Assembly: GCA_001244265.2 (NCBI GenBank) | Contig: CDLV01000020.1 | Coordinates: 310,001 to 374,000, forward strand | From: Microbotryum violaceum | Taxonomy: Eukaryota | Reading direction: 5' to 3' | Length of the DNA stretch: 64,000 nt | Part shown: piece by piece, positions 12,156 through 26,068 of the stretch | Numbering within the stretch: position 1 is the first letter of the stretch | Layout of the letters: every line of letters begins with the position of its first letter | Translations under genes and position numbers: made by a program | Notes under the pieces: model-generated | Database searches by the model: none | What the model saw: only the letters and a program-made list of their open reading frames with translations | Told to the model about the DNA's origin: nothing

Positions 12156-15100
12156 TCAGAACAGGTCCGCCGCCCTCGCCCTCTTGACGGGTTCGAACGA
12201 AACCTTGGCACCGGCTCCGATCGCCGACTCGTTCTTTTCCTCTTCGCGCTTCCTCCCCGACGAAGACGACGACGACGACGACGCCAAAATCGACGGATGA
12301 ACGATTGAAGGTGCTTCTTCCCATTCGTCCGCTTCGTCAACTGCGTTCACACGTTTCTTCGCCGCTTGAGTCTCGACCTTCTTCCCCTCCCTCTTCGTAT
12401 CCCGCTCTTTCTTCACCTTCTTTACCGCCTTGCCCACATTCACACCACCCGCACCTTCCTCTTCATCCCCCATATCAAAACTCAGCGTGCCCGCCTTCCG
12501 CTTCTCCTTCTCCTTCTTCTTCTTCTTATCCTTGTCCGACCCTGCCGATTTGTTGGAAGACCGATTGACGAACGTCGGCTTGTAATCCACGACAGTCTCG
12601 GACGAAAGGAGCGTCGTCGTTTCCCCCAACGTGGGCCCTGAAGACGCCATAGTCGGACCTAATGTAGGTCGAGGCACCTCCACCTCCAGGGGCACCTCCA
12701 CCTGCATCGGTTGCGCGCCCGCATTACTCCCCACTTCCCCCCTACCCTCCAACGGAAACCCTGCATCCTCCTCCTCGTCCTCAAATTGCTCGTCATCACT
12801 CTCTCCGAAAATAGTCTCAAAGATATCCCTCGGCGCCTTCTCGTACGTCAACGTCTCTTCCCCTTGTCTCTCATCGTCCCCCAAGCCAACGGTTTCGAGT
12901 GTCGGAAGGGGTGCTTTAGGGTTCAGTCGCGTCGAAGTGGCCAGGGCGATGTGGTCAACCAGACCTTCCCCAGGCTCCTCCGTTGTCCCAGGCGTGTGCG
13001 CAGGGATGATGCCCCCATTCGCCTCCCTCATCAACTCGTCCATCGACGCCTTCCCCAACACATCCTCGACTTTCCTCCCTGCCCCACCTCTAGCCAAAGG
13101 CACCTTGAACTCCCCCTCCAAATTCGCCTCCTTCCACTTCCCCCCTACGCTCTGCCCCCCCTCCTCTTCCTCTTCTCCCTTCTTGACCCCAAAAGGATCC
13201 GCGACGCCGAACCTCTTGCACAGCAACTTGTCCGGTTTGAACGTCGTCGTTATCCTCGTCAACGGACCAAACTGATCATTCTTAATCGCTTCTTCGACCG
13301 GCGTCAACTCCACCACCACCCCCAATCCCTTCTTCTTCTTCTCCTCCTGCTCTATAAGCTCACGGTCCTCCTTCGTCTTGAGTACAGGCGTATACAAACC
13401 CGGTTCGACTTGAGGCACCAATAAAGCACTCGCGCTCGTACCGGACGTAAATCGATTACCCAACATCCCCGAAACCGGTTTAAAAACTTTCGCAGAAGCG
13501 ACGTAATCCCTCAATTCCTTATTAAGTTCTTTCATCGTTTGCATTCGCGTCCTATTCGACGAAGAATTGTGCGTCGTTGAAAGGGGTAAGGGACGAGGTC
13601 CGAAGGGGAAACCTTGGATCGAAGTTGGTAATTGACCGGCCGAGTATTGAAGGAATAAGGTATACCTCGCTTGACGGATCGGGTCCGGTGAAGTGGACGC
13701 GGAGGAGAAAGGTTGGAATCCGCGTAAGGCGAGCGAAGCGGTCGAACTGTCCAGTGCGGGGATGATGAATTCTTCGTCGGGTTCTGGAACGCGGGATGGG
13801 ATTGAAGGCGAGGGACGGGATCGGTTGGCTCCGAGCGGTGTGAGGTTAGAGGAGGTACCGCTGGTGGGCATGTTGGAGGGGGGTAGACGGCCCGTTGTGG
13901 AAAGGGTCGAAAGTCGTTCCTTATCTTTCGACGAGAGATACTCGAAAACCGACTTGAGAGGAGGTGGAGGTAACTTTTCCCCCAACAAAGTCCCACGCTG
14001 TTTATGGGACACGTGGTTGCCTGGATTAGCACCCCTCGGGCAAAAAACGGGAATGCGATGAGCCGCACATGATCGACGCACCTGATCCGCACTTAATTGC
14101 GCATGTGCTCGATTCTCCTTCCCCTCTTGTTGAGCAGAGGTGGTTCTCATCGCTTCGGCCTGTTCCTCGGCCCAAATCTTGGTCGGGTTCGGGCGCCATT
14201 CCTCGGGTGGGTTAGGGGGTAGTTGAGAGCTGTAAGACGGGCCGAGACCACAGTATATCAGATTTTTTATGGGTGGGGGGTGGTTATGAACTGTAAAGTC
14301 CGACCTACGTTGTGGGAGGTTTGTAAGGCTCGTGGTGGAGCACGAAGCCGGACAGGACTTTGACGCCATCGTGGAAGGTCTCGTCTTTGTGTTTGCCCTT
14401 GGGTCGATCCGATGAATGAGCCTGTTCGGACAACCAACCATCAGCATTCGCCGACTCTTTTTCCATCAGAGGATCACTGATCCACTCACATTGACTCTTT
14501 GTCTCTCCATTCTTTCCATCTGTCCGTCATCGTCCTCCTCGTCCATCAGCTCCTGCACGACTTCCCCCTCATTCTGAGCATAAGGATCCTCTTCCTCCCT
14601 CATGCTTCCCTTCTCATTCCTTTTCCCACCCGCACCCGCACCCGCACCCAATCTCTGCTCGCTGACCTCTTTTCTCCTCGCGCCCCCAACCCCACTCCAA
14701 GAATCATACCCCAACCCTCTTCCCTTATCCTGACTCGCGGCAACCGCATCAAGTAAAATCAACGGTCGGTCCAACGGGGCATAATAATGCCCAAACCGTT
14801 CTTCATCGCCTCCTTCCTCCTCCTCTTCTTCCTCGAAGGAAAGTTGAAGAACAAGACCTAATTCTAAAGCTTGTCGTTTTCTCTGCGTTTTGGTTAGGCG
14901 AGGACCACAACCTTGACCTTGTCTCCAACCCATTTTACGCATCAGTTTTAGGCCGATGCGGGATGGGCTTGGTTCGAGGAGGGAAGCGAGGGTCGCTTGG
15001 GCGGTGGGGATCGTTGAGCTGAAATTGGAGGTGGAGGTGGAGGTGGAGGTGGAGGTGGAGGGGTTGGAATTACCGAATAAACCGAGGAGGGGGTCGTAGG

Positions 15101-15770
15101 TTGACGAGGAAGGGGAGGGAGCGGCGTAGGAAGAGGAAGTTTCGAGTTGGCGCGAATTCGCGAGTTCTTCCAAATCCTGTGAATGGGGAAGGAATGAGTC
15201 ATTCTGGGTATAGGGGGGGTTCCTGTGCGGAAGGATGAGCTTTTACCTCGTCATCCATAAAGTGCTTGGCCGCATCGACAAGACTGCTTCCTGTGCTGCT
15301 GCTCTTGCGCTGGCTGTCGTTCCGTTTCGCTCTCGAGCTCTTGAACGTCGACGGTGTCCATCCTGATCGCGCGCACCCAACAAGCCTCGATCAGCGCCCC
15401 ACCCCAACCAACATGCACCGCATCTCCCCATCATCGCAGCATGTAAACGTACCCTCCTTGGACCCCACGGTATTGTAATATCCCGCGGAGAAACCTCCCG
15501 TGAAAGCGCCGTGGAGACGTTTCCTACCTTGATCATCAAACACTTCTTGTTCCCACAACGGTTTGAATTCGTTCGTATCCGTTTTAGTAGAACTCTGTTG
15601 AAACGCATGGCGCTGAGTGAATTTTTTCAAGTGGGGACAGGGACACGCGCAACACTGACGAGTGAAGGTAAGGCGGTGCCTATTTCGACAAAGGACTCAT
15701 CCACGTTGCCGTAGTGGGAGGGGGCGTCGGGGTGGTTGTGCAGCTTGCGTTTGAGGCGCGAGGAGGCCAT
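12156..15770 (-). CDS. G-patch domain protein, GPATCH1/DUF1604-like splicing factor
   Basis: [35 protein letters not shown] (DUF1604), G-patch [36 protein letters not shown]-terminal RARAADLF. Multiple GT-AG introns. Confidence 0.92.
15027..15062. repeat. (GGAGGT)n hexanucleotide repeat encoding a Ser-Thr run in the G-patch gene
   Basis: ggaggtggaggtggaggt... read directly. Confidence 0.9.
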
Positions 15771-16057
15771 GGTCGGGGATCGATGGCCGTGGGGATGACA
15801 CCCTTGGCGTGAGCTCAGGCGAGAGAACAGACGAGCGGGGTTCTTAGGCCGGTCAGGGAGGCGCCAGCGAGCGGGTACAAGCGCCGTTCTTTTGGGGGGT
15901 TAGCTAATTTTGCTTTATTAATGGTTGCTTTCGGCGTGGGGGGTTGCGCGACTCACTTTGGGCGCCACCGACGGACGACCTGTACAGCTTCCTCCTCCTT
16001 CCTCCTCCTTCCTCCTCCTTCCTCCTCCTTCCTCCGCAGCCATCCTCCCACACCATC

Positions 16058-16871
16058 ATGCCTTCCGACGTATTGCCAGGTGAGTGAACCCCGGATCGTG
16101 GTCGTATGGGATCAACTTTGAGTCTTAGCCCTGCACCGCGTCATCGCGCTCGCTCCGTCTCTCGAACCAGCCGCCGTCGATGCCCAATCCCCCTTGACAG
16201 CCGACGAGGTGAGCCCCAAACCTATCCTCTTTGCAAACTTTCGAGCTTTTACTAATTACCGACCCAAACTCTCTCCACCTTTTTCTCAAGCTCGACGTCC
16301 TGCGTTCGCAATACGAAACCGAATCACAAAAAGGTTGGGTCTCGGTTCAAACCCGCTTCAACTACGCCTGGGGATCCGTCAAGTCCAACGATCGAGTTCA
16401 AGTCGGCCAAGGCGTCGCTTTGCTAATGGGTCAGCAGTGGCGTCCCCAACAAGGGAGGAGCGTGCGTATCACCAGAGGTGGTGCTGATTCGATTTAGCGA
16501 GGTGCACATCAACAGATCTGTACCGCACCGAACCTACCCGACGAAGGGAATGCCTGTACTTTCTCGCCGTCGGGCACTACAAATTGGGTAACTACCCCGA
16601 GGCGAAACGTTACAACGGTAAGATCACTCCCTACACGTTTATCATGCCCCGACCAACCCCGACCAACCCCGACCAACTCGTTTCCCATATCCCCTCAGGC
16701 CTTCTCCTCCAAAAAGAACCGAGCAACATGCAAGCCCGATCGCTAGCGTCCCTCATTGACGCCGCCGTATCAAAGGAAGGTTACGTCGGATTGGCTATTG
16801 CCGGTGGTGCCGCTACGGTGGCGGGGCTGTTGTTGACCGCTTTGTTGAGTGGGGGAAAGAAGGGGAGGTAG
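16058..16871 (+). CDS. FIS1: Mitochondrial fission protein Fis1 (5 exons)
   Basis: LDVLRSQY..VSVQTRFNYAWG, RRRECLYFLAVGHYKLGNY, EPSNMQARSL..I, and a C-terminal TM anchor followed by KKGR. Confidence 0.95.
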
Positions 16872-17109
16872 GGCCGGGAACCGAACACGCGGCGGTTCTC
16901 TCTGGGTCGAGTCTTAATTCTTTTTGGGGTGGCGAGGTCGTGTATGATTTGTTTTACTTTTTTTTTCCCCCTTCTTTCTCTCTTGCAGTTGTCGTTTTCC
17001 CATACCAGTGTATATATTATGCCTGTTCCGAGAAAGTTGTCCCGGGCGTTCTTCAACCACGCTTGAATTGTTTGCAGAGTGATGTTACAAGATACTACGA
17101 AAGGAGAAG

Positions 17110-17120
17110 AAAAAAAAAAA

Positions 17121-17151
<31 letters not shown>

Positions 17152-17189
17152 CACACACGCCCCCACAAAAACACACGCACACACACACG
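17110..17189. repeat. Poly(A) tract followed by (CA)n microsatellite between convergent 3' ends
   Basis: About 27 A, then CACACA... repeats. Confidence 0.95.
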
Positions 17190-17293
17190 CTCTAATATTG
17201 ATGCAACCTCGGCCCTCCACCTCTCATCTCCAATTCCAATCCGGGGGGACAAGTCCTCTCCCATCTTTCCCTCGCCTCGTCTCAAGTGGGTTC

Positions 17294-17752
17294 CTAAGCC
17301 GCGATCGTCGCTCCAGGAAAACATTCGTTGGGCGTTTGTTTAGGGTGCTTGTTGACGGCGTGGTCGCGCAACATGATTGGCATCGACGCGACCAGTCTAT
17401 CAAGTTGAAAGGGGATGAGGGGAGGAGTTTGTGAGCCGCGGTTCGGGGGGGGGGGGGGGGGGGGGGGGAAACAGGAGTGAGCTGTGCGAAGGTGGGAGGG
17501 GGGAGTGTAAGACGACGCACTGCTGCTTGCACACCGTACAGGTTAACATCGCTTTAGGCGCTTTCTTCAACACCTGCAAAACATACACCCACCCACCCGA
17601 GGTGGATAGGATTAGGATCTTGCATCAGTCTACTTCCTCCGCCTACCCTACCTCCCGGAACGTACACCACCCGCGGTCGTATCCAACTTGATCCCGAGCG
17701 CTTCCTTCTTCTTTTGCTCGTTCTTGCGAATATCCTTTTTACTCGCCGGCAT
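17294..17752 (-). CDS. Small zinc-finger protein, ZNF706/At2g23090 (DUF1909)-like (3 exons)
   Basis: Spliced reading MPASKKDIRKNEQKKKEALGIKLDTTAGGVLKKAPKAMLTCTVCKQQLVASMPIMLRDHAVNKHPKQTPNECFPGATIAA*: basic N-terminus, CxxC...HxxxKHPK...ECF. Confidence 0.8.
17445..17467. repeat. Poly(G) tract of about 23 nt (poly-C on the sense strand, intron 2 of the zinc-finger gene)
   Basis: Read directly. Confidence 0.95.
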
Positions 17753-18128
17753 CTTTCTGTTTCCGGCTCGGGTGGGGTTTTGGGGGGCCTGCGGTGTGCT
17801 GTGTGCTGTGTGCGGTGTGTGGTGTGGGGAGACGGGGGAGGGGGATAAAGTAGAGTTGAGATTGAGCCGTGGTCGAGGGACTTCGCAGCGCCAGCGTCCC
17901 CCAGCCGCGCAATTCACCCATTCAAACGCATTACGCATTACTATTAGCTGGGCACTTGGTAACCTCGGCGGGTAGATTTCAAAACTTCGCAGCCGGAGTC
18001 CAGCCTGATCTCGCGCGCGTGATCGAGGCCAAGGTTTCCCACATTCCTTCCTCCTTTGACTCAATCCCACTTTCTTTCCGAATCTATTCAATCACCACCG
18101 GACTACGGTAGGGAATTCACAGAGAACG

Positions 18129-20078
18129 ATGGCGAACAAGAATAAAGGAGGCGCCGTGAAGCGCTCCGCACCGCGCACGACCAACTCAATCTCCTCCTCT
18201 TCCACATCCAGCAACACCCAAGTAGTACCCCCTTCCAAGAAAGCTCGATTCGAACCCACCGCCTCCACTACAAAGTCTACAACCAGACCTAGCACAGTGA
18301 CCCACGCACCCCCCGTAACGAACCACCGAACAATCGCGAACGAAGCGCCTACCCAATTCCTCATCTCTGCCGGTTCCTACGAACGATTACTCTACGGTCT
18401 TTCATGTCAACTCAATTACCTCGAAAACGACCCTCAACAAGGATTACAACTTTTGGTTGAACCTTATTTCTCTTTCCCGGCTCATTTATCGTCAATTAGG
18501 GCATTGGGTTCGAGTTTGTTACCGAGTCCTCGGACGGGGACGGAGAGGAAAGTGGGTGGTAAATGGTTGGTTTCGGGTGGGACGGATGAGATGATTAAAG
18601 TGTGGGATTTGAAGAGGAGGAAAGAGGTTGGGAGTTTGGAAAGTGGGGAAATGAGAGGTAAGTTTAGTTTTGTGAGCGCGTTCGGGTTCGGGGATTCAGA
18701 ATTGAATTAACCCCCCGCCACTCCTGTTTTGGGGCTCGCTCTACCTCTACTACCAGGCACGATCACGACTCTTTCTTTCGTCCCTTCCCGAGGGATGCTC
18801 ATGTGCGCCACGACCGACTCTACGATCGCTCTCTACCGCGTTCGTGATTGGGTCCTGTTGAGGTCCTTGAAAGGTCACCAAGGCAAGGTGAATTCGATCG
18901 ACCCTCATCCTGCTTCAAGGGTCGCGCTTAGTGTTGGATCCGATCGCATGTTGAGGATGTGGGATTTGGTAGCGGGTAAAGCAGTGGCGACGATGAAGAT
19001 TGGAATGGGTACGTTTTATTTCGATTTAAAACAGGATCGACTTGTTTTGGGTTGGAGGGGTAAGGGTTGTGACTGATTTTTTTTTTGTCGAGTTCCGACG
19101 GAAAATGTGACGCAGAGGGCGATCGAGTCAAGTGGAATACGAACGGGACTAAATTCGCCATCATTTGCAACAATCGCTTAACCGTCTATGGCATCGTTAG
19201 TACAAAACATTTCCTTGGTGTGGACCACATCGCTTCCGATTTACTGATATCCCCCCACACCCGTTCTTTAATTGTAACCCCTTTACCCCGCCTGATAGGA
19301 CATGACTATTCAACACTCGCTCGTTTCAACCTCGCGTTTTCAAGACGTTCAATTCACTTTTTACCCGCTTGATAAATCGACTTGCCAAAGAGAATTCATG
19401 TTAGTCGCTTCGGACGACCATACGACTCATGTTTACGACGTCAGTCAAGCTTCGGTACCAAAGGAGGAAGAAGGGGAAGAGGAAAGGGTTGTGGAGGGGG
19501 AGAGGGAGGGGGAGAAGTCGACGTTGGAGAAGGAGGCGGTGTTGAAGGGGCATACGAATCGAGTCAAGGCGATCGATTTACTCGAAGTCGCTTTACCTTC
19601 GTCACACTCAACTACCACCGAATCGAAAGTTCGGAGCAAGAATAATGACGATGGTTCGATTTCTTCGACAATGATTTTGACGTCCGTTTCGTCAGATGGT
19701 CAGATTTTGTTTTATGATTTGGCGCGATTGGTTGAGGAACGGGGGGAAGAGCGGAGATTGGTTAGGGAGGTTGAACCGCTTGGTAGGTGGGATACTAAAG
19801 GATCGAGGTTGACTTGTTTGAGCGTGGTGGGATTGAAGGAGAAAGGGAAGAAGGAGCAACAAGGTGGGGAAGGGAAGGAGGGGGAAGAGGCGAGTGATGA
19901 GGAGAGCGGGAGTGAGGACGGGGAGGAGGACGGTGTCGATGTCGAGGGTTTGGAGAGTGATGAGGAAGACGGAGAAGAGGAAGAAGGTGAAGAGGGATGG
20001 GATGGGATTGAAGAAGAAGAAGAAGAAGAGGAGGAGGAGGAGGAGGAGGAGGAGGAGGAAGAAGAAGAGGCAGAATAG
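18129..20078 (+). CDS. MAK11: WD40 60S biogenesis factor Mak11/PAK1IP1 (4 exons)
   Basis: ISAGSYERLLYG, LVSGGTDEMIKVWDLKRRKEVGSL, GHQGKVNSIDPHP..ALSVGSDRMLRMWDL, GHTNRVK, SRLTCL; poly-Glu tail from GAA/GAG repeats. Confidence 0.92.
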
Positions 20079-20212
20079 TCATCTCTCTTTGCAACGTTCG
20101 AAATCGTACCTTGAACTGCTCAAAAACGAAATGCGATATTGCAAACTTGATATCCGAACGAGCCCCCTTACTGAAAAAACTCTATATTCCCGACACCTAA
20201 CGACGATCACAA

Positions 20213-22368
20213 TCATCTATTCAGCGCCGTCGCCGCGACCTCGGACCTACGATCCGCCTCGGACTCTTCCAACAACGCCTCGGCCAACCCACTGCCGAAC
20301 GAATTCGATCTCGGTTTCGTCGTCTTCTTGACTCGTAAATGTTTCGAACCAGTTTGGTCCTTACCATTCCCCTTGATTTCTTCACCTCGTATCGAACACT
20401 CTTCCTCTTCGGACGGATCGTCCCCCCGGATCTGTAAAGCTCCTCCGCCACCTTCCAAATCCCTCTCCTCCTCCCCTTGCTCCCCCCTGCCACGATCCGT
20501 TCCCTGTACAACAGCTTGATTCGCTTGACTGACTTTCATCAAAGCGATCTTGAACCCACCAGCGACGATGATCATCGCTCCACAGAGCGAAAGGAAATCG
20601 GGCCATTTACCAAAGACGATCTTTTCGATCAACATCGCAAAGAGTAGATTGGAAAAGACGGCGAGCGAACCGCGTCCGGCGGCTTCGCGTTGAAGACCTA
20701 GGGTCAGTAGACTGCGAAGGAGAGGGAATCATCATGGAAAGTTTGGGATTTTTGTTTGAGTCCTTCGTAAAAATGTAATAGTGAAAAGAACAGGCCTGGT
20801 CTGCATCACTCACGCCTGCGCGACGAAGCCAAAGATTCCGATCGGGGTGATCAATAACCAAAACGTCGGATCGTTGAAATAAAACACGGGCGGAGAGTCG
20901 AAAAAGATTGGGTACAGGCTCGACACGAGGCAGCAGTAGATGGAGAAATAGGCGATCGAATGCGTCGCGCTGGCTCGTTTGCCGATCTTGCGGATGAGCA
21001 GGTAGGCTGCGGCGGAACCGAAGGAGGAGCCGAGGCAGACGAAAACGGCAAAAGTACGTTGTTCGGGCGTAACGCCTTCGGGGGATTGGGAGAGATGGCC
21101 GGGGAAGAGGAAGGACGGTTTGGCGATGAGCACGACACCGCACAATGAGACGAGCGCGACGAGGCCTTCGGTTAGCGAGTAGGCTTCACCGAGAAAGACG
21201 CTACCGAGGACGCCGATGATGAAGGGGGCGAGGAAGCCGAGCACGGTCGCATCACTGAGGGGGATGTAGCGCAACGAGTAGTACAGTGGGGCGATGCCCC
21301 AGAAGCCGACGAAGCCTCGGGCGGCGAGGAGGAAACGCACGCCCGGGGGACCGAGGAAGGGGTGTTCGACGTTGTTGCAGCGCATCCAGGTGTAGCAGCC
21401 GATCCTGTTGCTCATCAGAAGATTCGGTGAGCTTGTTCCCCGCTGGTCCGAGTCGGCACATAGGTCGTGAGGAAAGGGATGCGTACCAGGTCAAGGACAT
21501 GCGAATGAGGATGAGTTCCCATACGGGCATGTTCATTTGCTCTTGTAGTGCCTGTGGGATGAATCCTTCGTCAGTCTCCGAAGGGGAATCTCGGTCAGAG
21601 CAGCGCGAGTGAAATCGCTGACGAACCTTGACGCAAGCGGAAATCGTCGCAAAAAATGCCTGGGCAGCTCCAATCAGCAAGAAGCCTGTCCAATTGGTAA
21701 AATATATTCAGCGTGGGTTTCAAGCACCCAACTGATGGATGGGACGCGCGCACGCACGGACCTTCATTCCGTTTGACAAAGTCCTTGGTGCGATCGATTG
21801 CGCCCAACATGCCCGGTCGATCGTCCTGGTAATCCTTCTTGAACCTGGCCCACCTCCTAGGGGCATCCCGATCGATTTCGTCCAATCCATCATCGTGGTT
21901 GAGGTGACTCCCTGCAGCTCGACGGCCGGGTGAGGACCGACTTGGGAGCAGAGGGGAGGCCGACGGGCTGCTGCGATGACCGGTGCCGCCGTTCAGTCCT
22001 CGACGGGTGTAGTAGTCCATCGGGGACGGAGAAGCGGTCGTGGGTGAGTCGGACGAGATACCGGAGCTGTTGTTGGTCAGCACGAAGGGGAGTACACGGT
22101 CTGGGTGGGTCACCTGGGTCTTGGACGAGGTGGTGGTCGTGGTGGTGGTGGTCGTCGTCGTGGTCGTCTTGGTCGTGTGCGCGTCACCGCTGCTGCTGGC
22201 TCGATCACGCTCCGAGCTCGACGACGACGGAGACGACAAACTTGAAGTCCCAAACGCAACGATCGCAGCACTGTTGGCGAGATGGGACGAACCCGAAGAC
22301 GACTTGGGCGACTCGGCCAGTTCAAGGATTTCGACGCGTGGTCGAGGGCGTCGTGGAGGGGTCGACAT
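20213..22368 (-). CDS. EamA/DMT-family membrane transporter
   Basis: PVWELILIRM, PFLGPPGVRFLLAARGFVGF, YIPLSDATVLGFLAP, GLQREAAGRGSL; many TM segments; several introns. Confidence 0.9.
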
Positions 22369-23241
22369 CGTTCGACAACGAGCAGCCAGCAGGTCGGTGT
22401 GGAGGAGTCAAAAGAGTCGTCCTCGCCCGCGCGGTGGCTGATACGCGCGACTGGCATGGGTCCAGTCTCCCCCACGCGTTGAGAAATGGGGCCAGATTGT
22501 AAGACACTTGTAGCTGCCTCCAAAATATTCCTTTAGAGCAGGAAAATTTTGTAGGTATCAACGCCAGACAATTGATGGCCGTCGTGCTGCAACCCAGGGA
22601 CTCGGGAGTGAAAGGAGGTGCGATCGTTCCATCAGCTCGGGCTGGGACGGCCGGACCGGACGGAGCGGGGAGCCGGCGCGGGCGAGTTGCGGCTAGTAGT
22701 AGCTTGGAAGAAACTGTCCATGAGGTACCTTCCGCAGCCTGATGACTCCTAGGCGGGGATAATTCAGTCTCGATGCAAGTAGAGTGCTGTGGTGTTTGGT
22801 TATTCAAGCATTGAATGCTTACTCGGAGGCAAATCGTGCACGGTGTCCACTCCTAGCGCGATGAGCGGTCCGAGCTCAAGCTCAAGCGGCGATATCAGCC
22901 CCCTATCGCGAAAATGCAACCCTCTCCAACTCGAGCGGGTACCATTGCTGCGCGCTTCTCAATTTGTTGTTTACCAAGCACTTTTAGCGTCAATCAAGCG
23001 TCGTGCAGAACCGAGCACGATGAGTCGCCGATAAAATGTTGGCCGCGAAATCGGATCGTGAACTAGTAGTAATACTGACTTAGAAATCCCCTGCGAATGG
23101 AAACGGTTCGCGCTGGCTCGCGTCGTTTGACATGGGAAAGGCGCTTGGGCTTTCCATCCCTTGGCTCGACTGAGCTCATCTCCACCCTCCCTCGCCACCT
23201 ATTCAAGAGGCTCATTCTCCCCCCGACCCGGTCAGTACACC

Positions 23242-24333
23242 ATGAACTCTCGAAAAGCGGCCCGCACGATCCCTTCAACGATTTCGCGCCTGTTGAAATC
23301 TCAAGCGTTCCTCAAATCGCCCCCGGCCGCATTCGAAGCCCTCCTATCCCACCCACCACCACCCTCCCTGATCCGCACACTACCCAGTCGACCGAACGAG
23401 GACGTTCCCCTCATACATCGAGAGCGTACGTCCCCTAAACCGTCGAGAGTCGTCCAAGCTCTCCCTCAACCACACACGAATCGAACACCCCCTCGTCGAC
23501 CCAATACCAAGAACCCTAAACCGTTACCCATCGTCTTCCCCGAGGATCAAATTCGACAACAGTTCTTTTTGGATCATCCTTTCGAGGCGTATAGGCCCAA
23601 GGATTTGAACGAGTTGGAGACCGTCCAACGCGACGCTCCCGGACCTCAGGGGAAACAATGGACAGAATTGAGGCAGAGGTCTATCGTGCCTGGACCGGAT
23701 GAGTGAGTTACAGTATACATAATCGTACTCAGCATCATCGCAATTGACTACCCCTACCCTGCGAAACGACGTTCGCGTTTCCCCCTTTCTTCCTTTTTCC
23801 TTAGCGTGATCGCCTTCACCCTCAACCTAATCGAAGCGCATTCGATCCCGCTCTCCAAAGCCTACACCCACGCCCTAAGTCAATACCGTACCCTCAAAGC
23901 CGAACACGAAATCGCTACTTCTTCCGCGATCGCCGAAGCTCGCGCTCATGGCGCCTACTTGTTCGGTGAGGTCGAAAGAGGTTTGGTCAGTGAGGAAAGG
24001 GCTTTGGATGAATGGAAGGATGCGAAAGAGATTCAGGCTCAGTTGTTGAAGGGGGAGAGTATGGGCGCTAAATTGGGTCCAGGTGGTGGATCCGCTCCGA
24101 TGACGGGTGCTTCGAGTTTGAGTTCGAGTTTGACGTCGACGTCGACGTCGGTCGAGGGGGGAATGCCATGGGGTGATGCGACGAGGTCGAATCGGGTTGA
24201 GGAAGAACCGACTCATACGTACGAGTTGACGGGTGGAGAGAGGTATTTGGAGAGGTTCGAAGAGAGGTTCTTGAATCAGGCCAATTTGGCGGCTCAGGAA
24301 AGGGCTCAGCAGAGAAGGGACTCGACAGCTTGA
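23242..24333 (+). CDS. RSM25: Mitochondrial ribosomal protein mS23/Rsm25 (2 exons)
   Basis: KPLPIVFPEDQIRQQFFLDHPFEAYRP, AYTHALSQYRTLKAE..EARAHGA; intron 23703-23804. Confidence 0.85.
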
Positions 24334-24451
24334 GTAGGGAGGAGTGCAGGCAATTGCAGCGAACGAGTCATCTCAATTCTTTACGTGGTTTGGATACGTT
24401 GGATTTCATTCGCAAAAGCTAAGGCAGATGGTACAACGGAAGATGCGTTCC

Positions 24452-26068
24452 TCAGAAGCGAAGAATCGGCTTGATCACCTGCACGAGAGGCAATCACGTC
24501 GCGAGCGATCAGATACCTGCACTCGTCCCATGTCCCATGTCCGATTAAAAACCACTCACCGAGCCATTTTTTATCGCTTTGAAAGCCTCCTCATGATCAG
24601 CGAGGGCGAATTGCTTGCTGAACTTTTCCAAGGGCAAGTACCCCGCTTTGCGCAGCTCGATCAGTTGGGGGATGAAGACGGGAGGGTGCGACGCGCCTTC
24701 GACTGTTTGAGGTGGGCAGAGAGGTTAGCGTTGGGTTCTTTTGTCGAGATAGAGCGAGTTGGGGCTTGAATTACCGTTGCCGATGAAGGTGAGGTGCCTG
24801 ACTTGAGTGGCGTTGATCTGGGGGTCGTGCAGAGGAAAGATGAGAAGAAATGTCAGCGTCCCGCGCCCTAGCATCTGACTCAATACGTTCAGGGAAGACC
24901 TACATCCAGCGACACCTCCGTACCCTTGGGGAAGACCCCAATCTGACACAACTTCCCTCCATGCGCCAAAAAGGACCAAGCGGCGTACATGCAAGCCTTG
25001 ACGCCTGAAGCCTCGACCGCATAATCGAGCATCTCCCCCTGGGTGATCTCTTTGATTCTAGCTTGGACGTCCTCGGTACTGGCGTTGATGGCATGCGTGG
25101 CTCCGCATTCGAGAGCTATGGAGAGACGGGTCGGGATGATGTCGATGGCGATGATGTTTCTCACTTTGAGGGAGGAGGAGGCACAGATGGCGGATATGCC
25201 GACTCCGCCTAGACCCCAGACACCGATCGAGGAGGTCGGCTCGGGTTTGAGCACCTTCAGGACGGCTCCCGCCCTGCAGAAGAGGAAGGTCAGTGATTCA
25301 ATTTGAAATGAGTTTCAATCTCCGCGTACCCCGTTTGAATACCACAGCCCAAAGGTGCGAGTAGTGCCAGTTCATCGGTGTCGGCGTCCACCTTGATGCA
25401 CTTTGTTCGATCGAACGACAAGCGCGATCAGCCATCCCGCCTCAACGAGTGAAAATCTTAAAGCTCACACTGTTCGCAGCTGCCAAAGTATATCCCGAAA
25501 ACGAAGATTGTCCAAAGAAGAAGCCCTTGACCTTTTCGCCCGTTTTGATCTCCTCGGCGAAATGTTGCTGCCCCTCGGAGGCGCGCTGCAAACCGAAATT
25601 GAGCAACGGCCACATTTTGCACTGCGAGCCCTTTTGCGCATGACACGAGCGACACTGAGAACAAAAGTTGAAACTGAGCAGAACGGAGTCCCCTTCTTGG
25701 AGATGGGTGACTCCTTCGCCTGTTGCTTTGACGCTGTGGTACAGAACAGGGGGCTCAAAATTCAGCGTGAGAAAATCCGTTGGACTTCGGCGAGCTTCTC
25801 CATGATCCCGTGCGGAGAAACGACTTTTAGCAGTAGCATTATCAGTCTAGTCGCATGACACGTACATGCCTGAACCCTCGTGCCCAACACAAGAAGGGAA
25901 TTGACCTGGAAGCACCCCATTCTGAACGGAGAGATCGGATTGACAGATCCCGGACGCAACGAGTTGAACCAGGACTTCGCCGGCGCGAGGGTCATCGACC
26001 GAGACGTCGCTGAGCACGAAAGGCTCGTGGACACCTTTGAGGAGAAGGGCTTGGGTCGAGGTGGGCAT
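24452..26068 (-). CDS. Zn-dependent medium-chain alcohol dehydrogenase, aryl/benzyl-alcohol dehydrogenase-like
   Basis: GICQSD, GHEGSG, structural Zn motif CSQCRSC..C, FFGQSSF, PLGCGIQTGAG, GLGGVG, C-terminal VIKPIL. About 7 exons splice in frame. Confidence 0.92.

Noticed and set aside
25860..25872. GC-AG intron in the ADH gene
   Set aside because: Phase analysis shows a normal GT donor (GGC AT|GTACGT) restores the frame.
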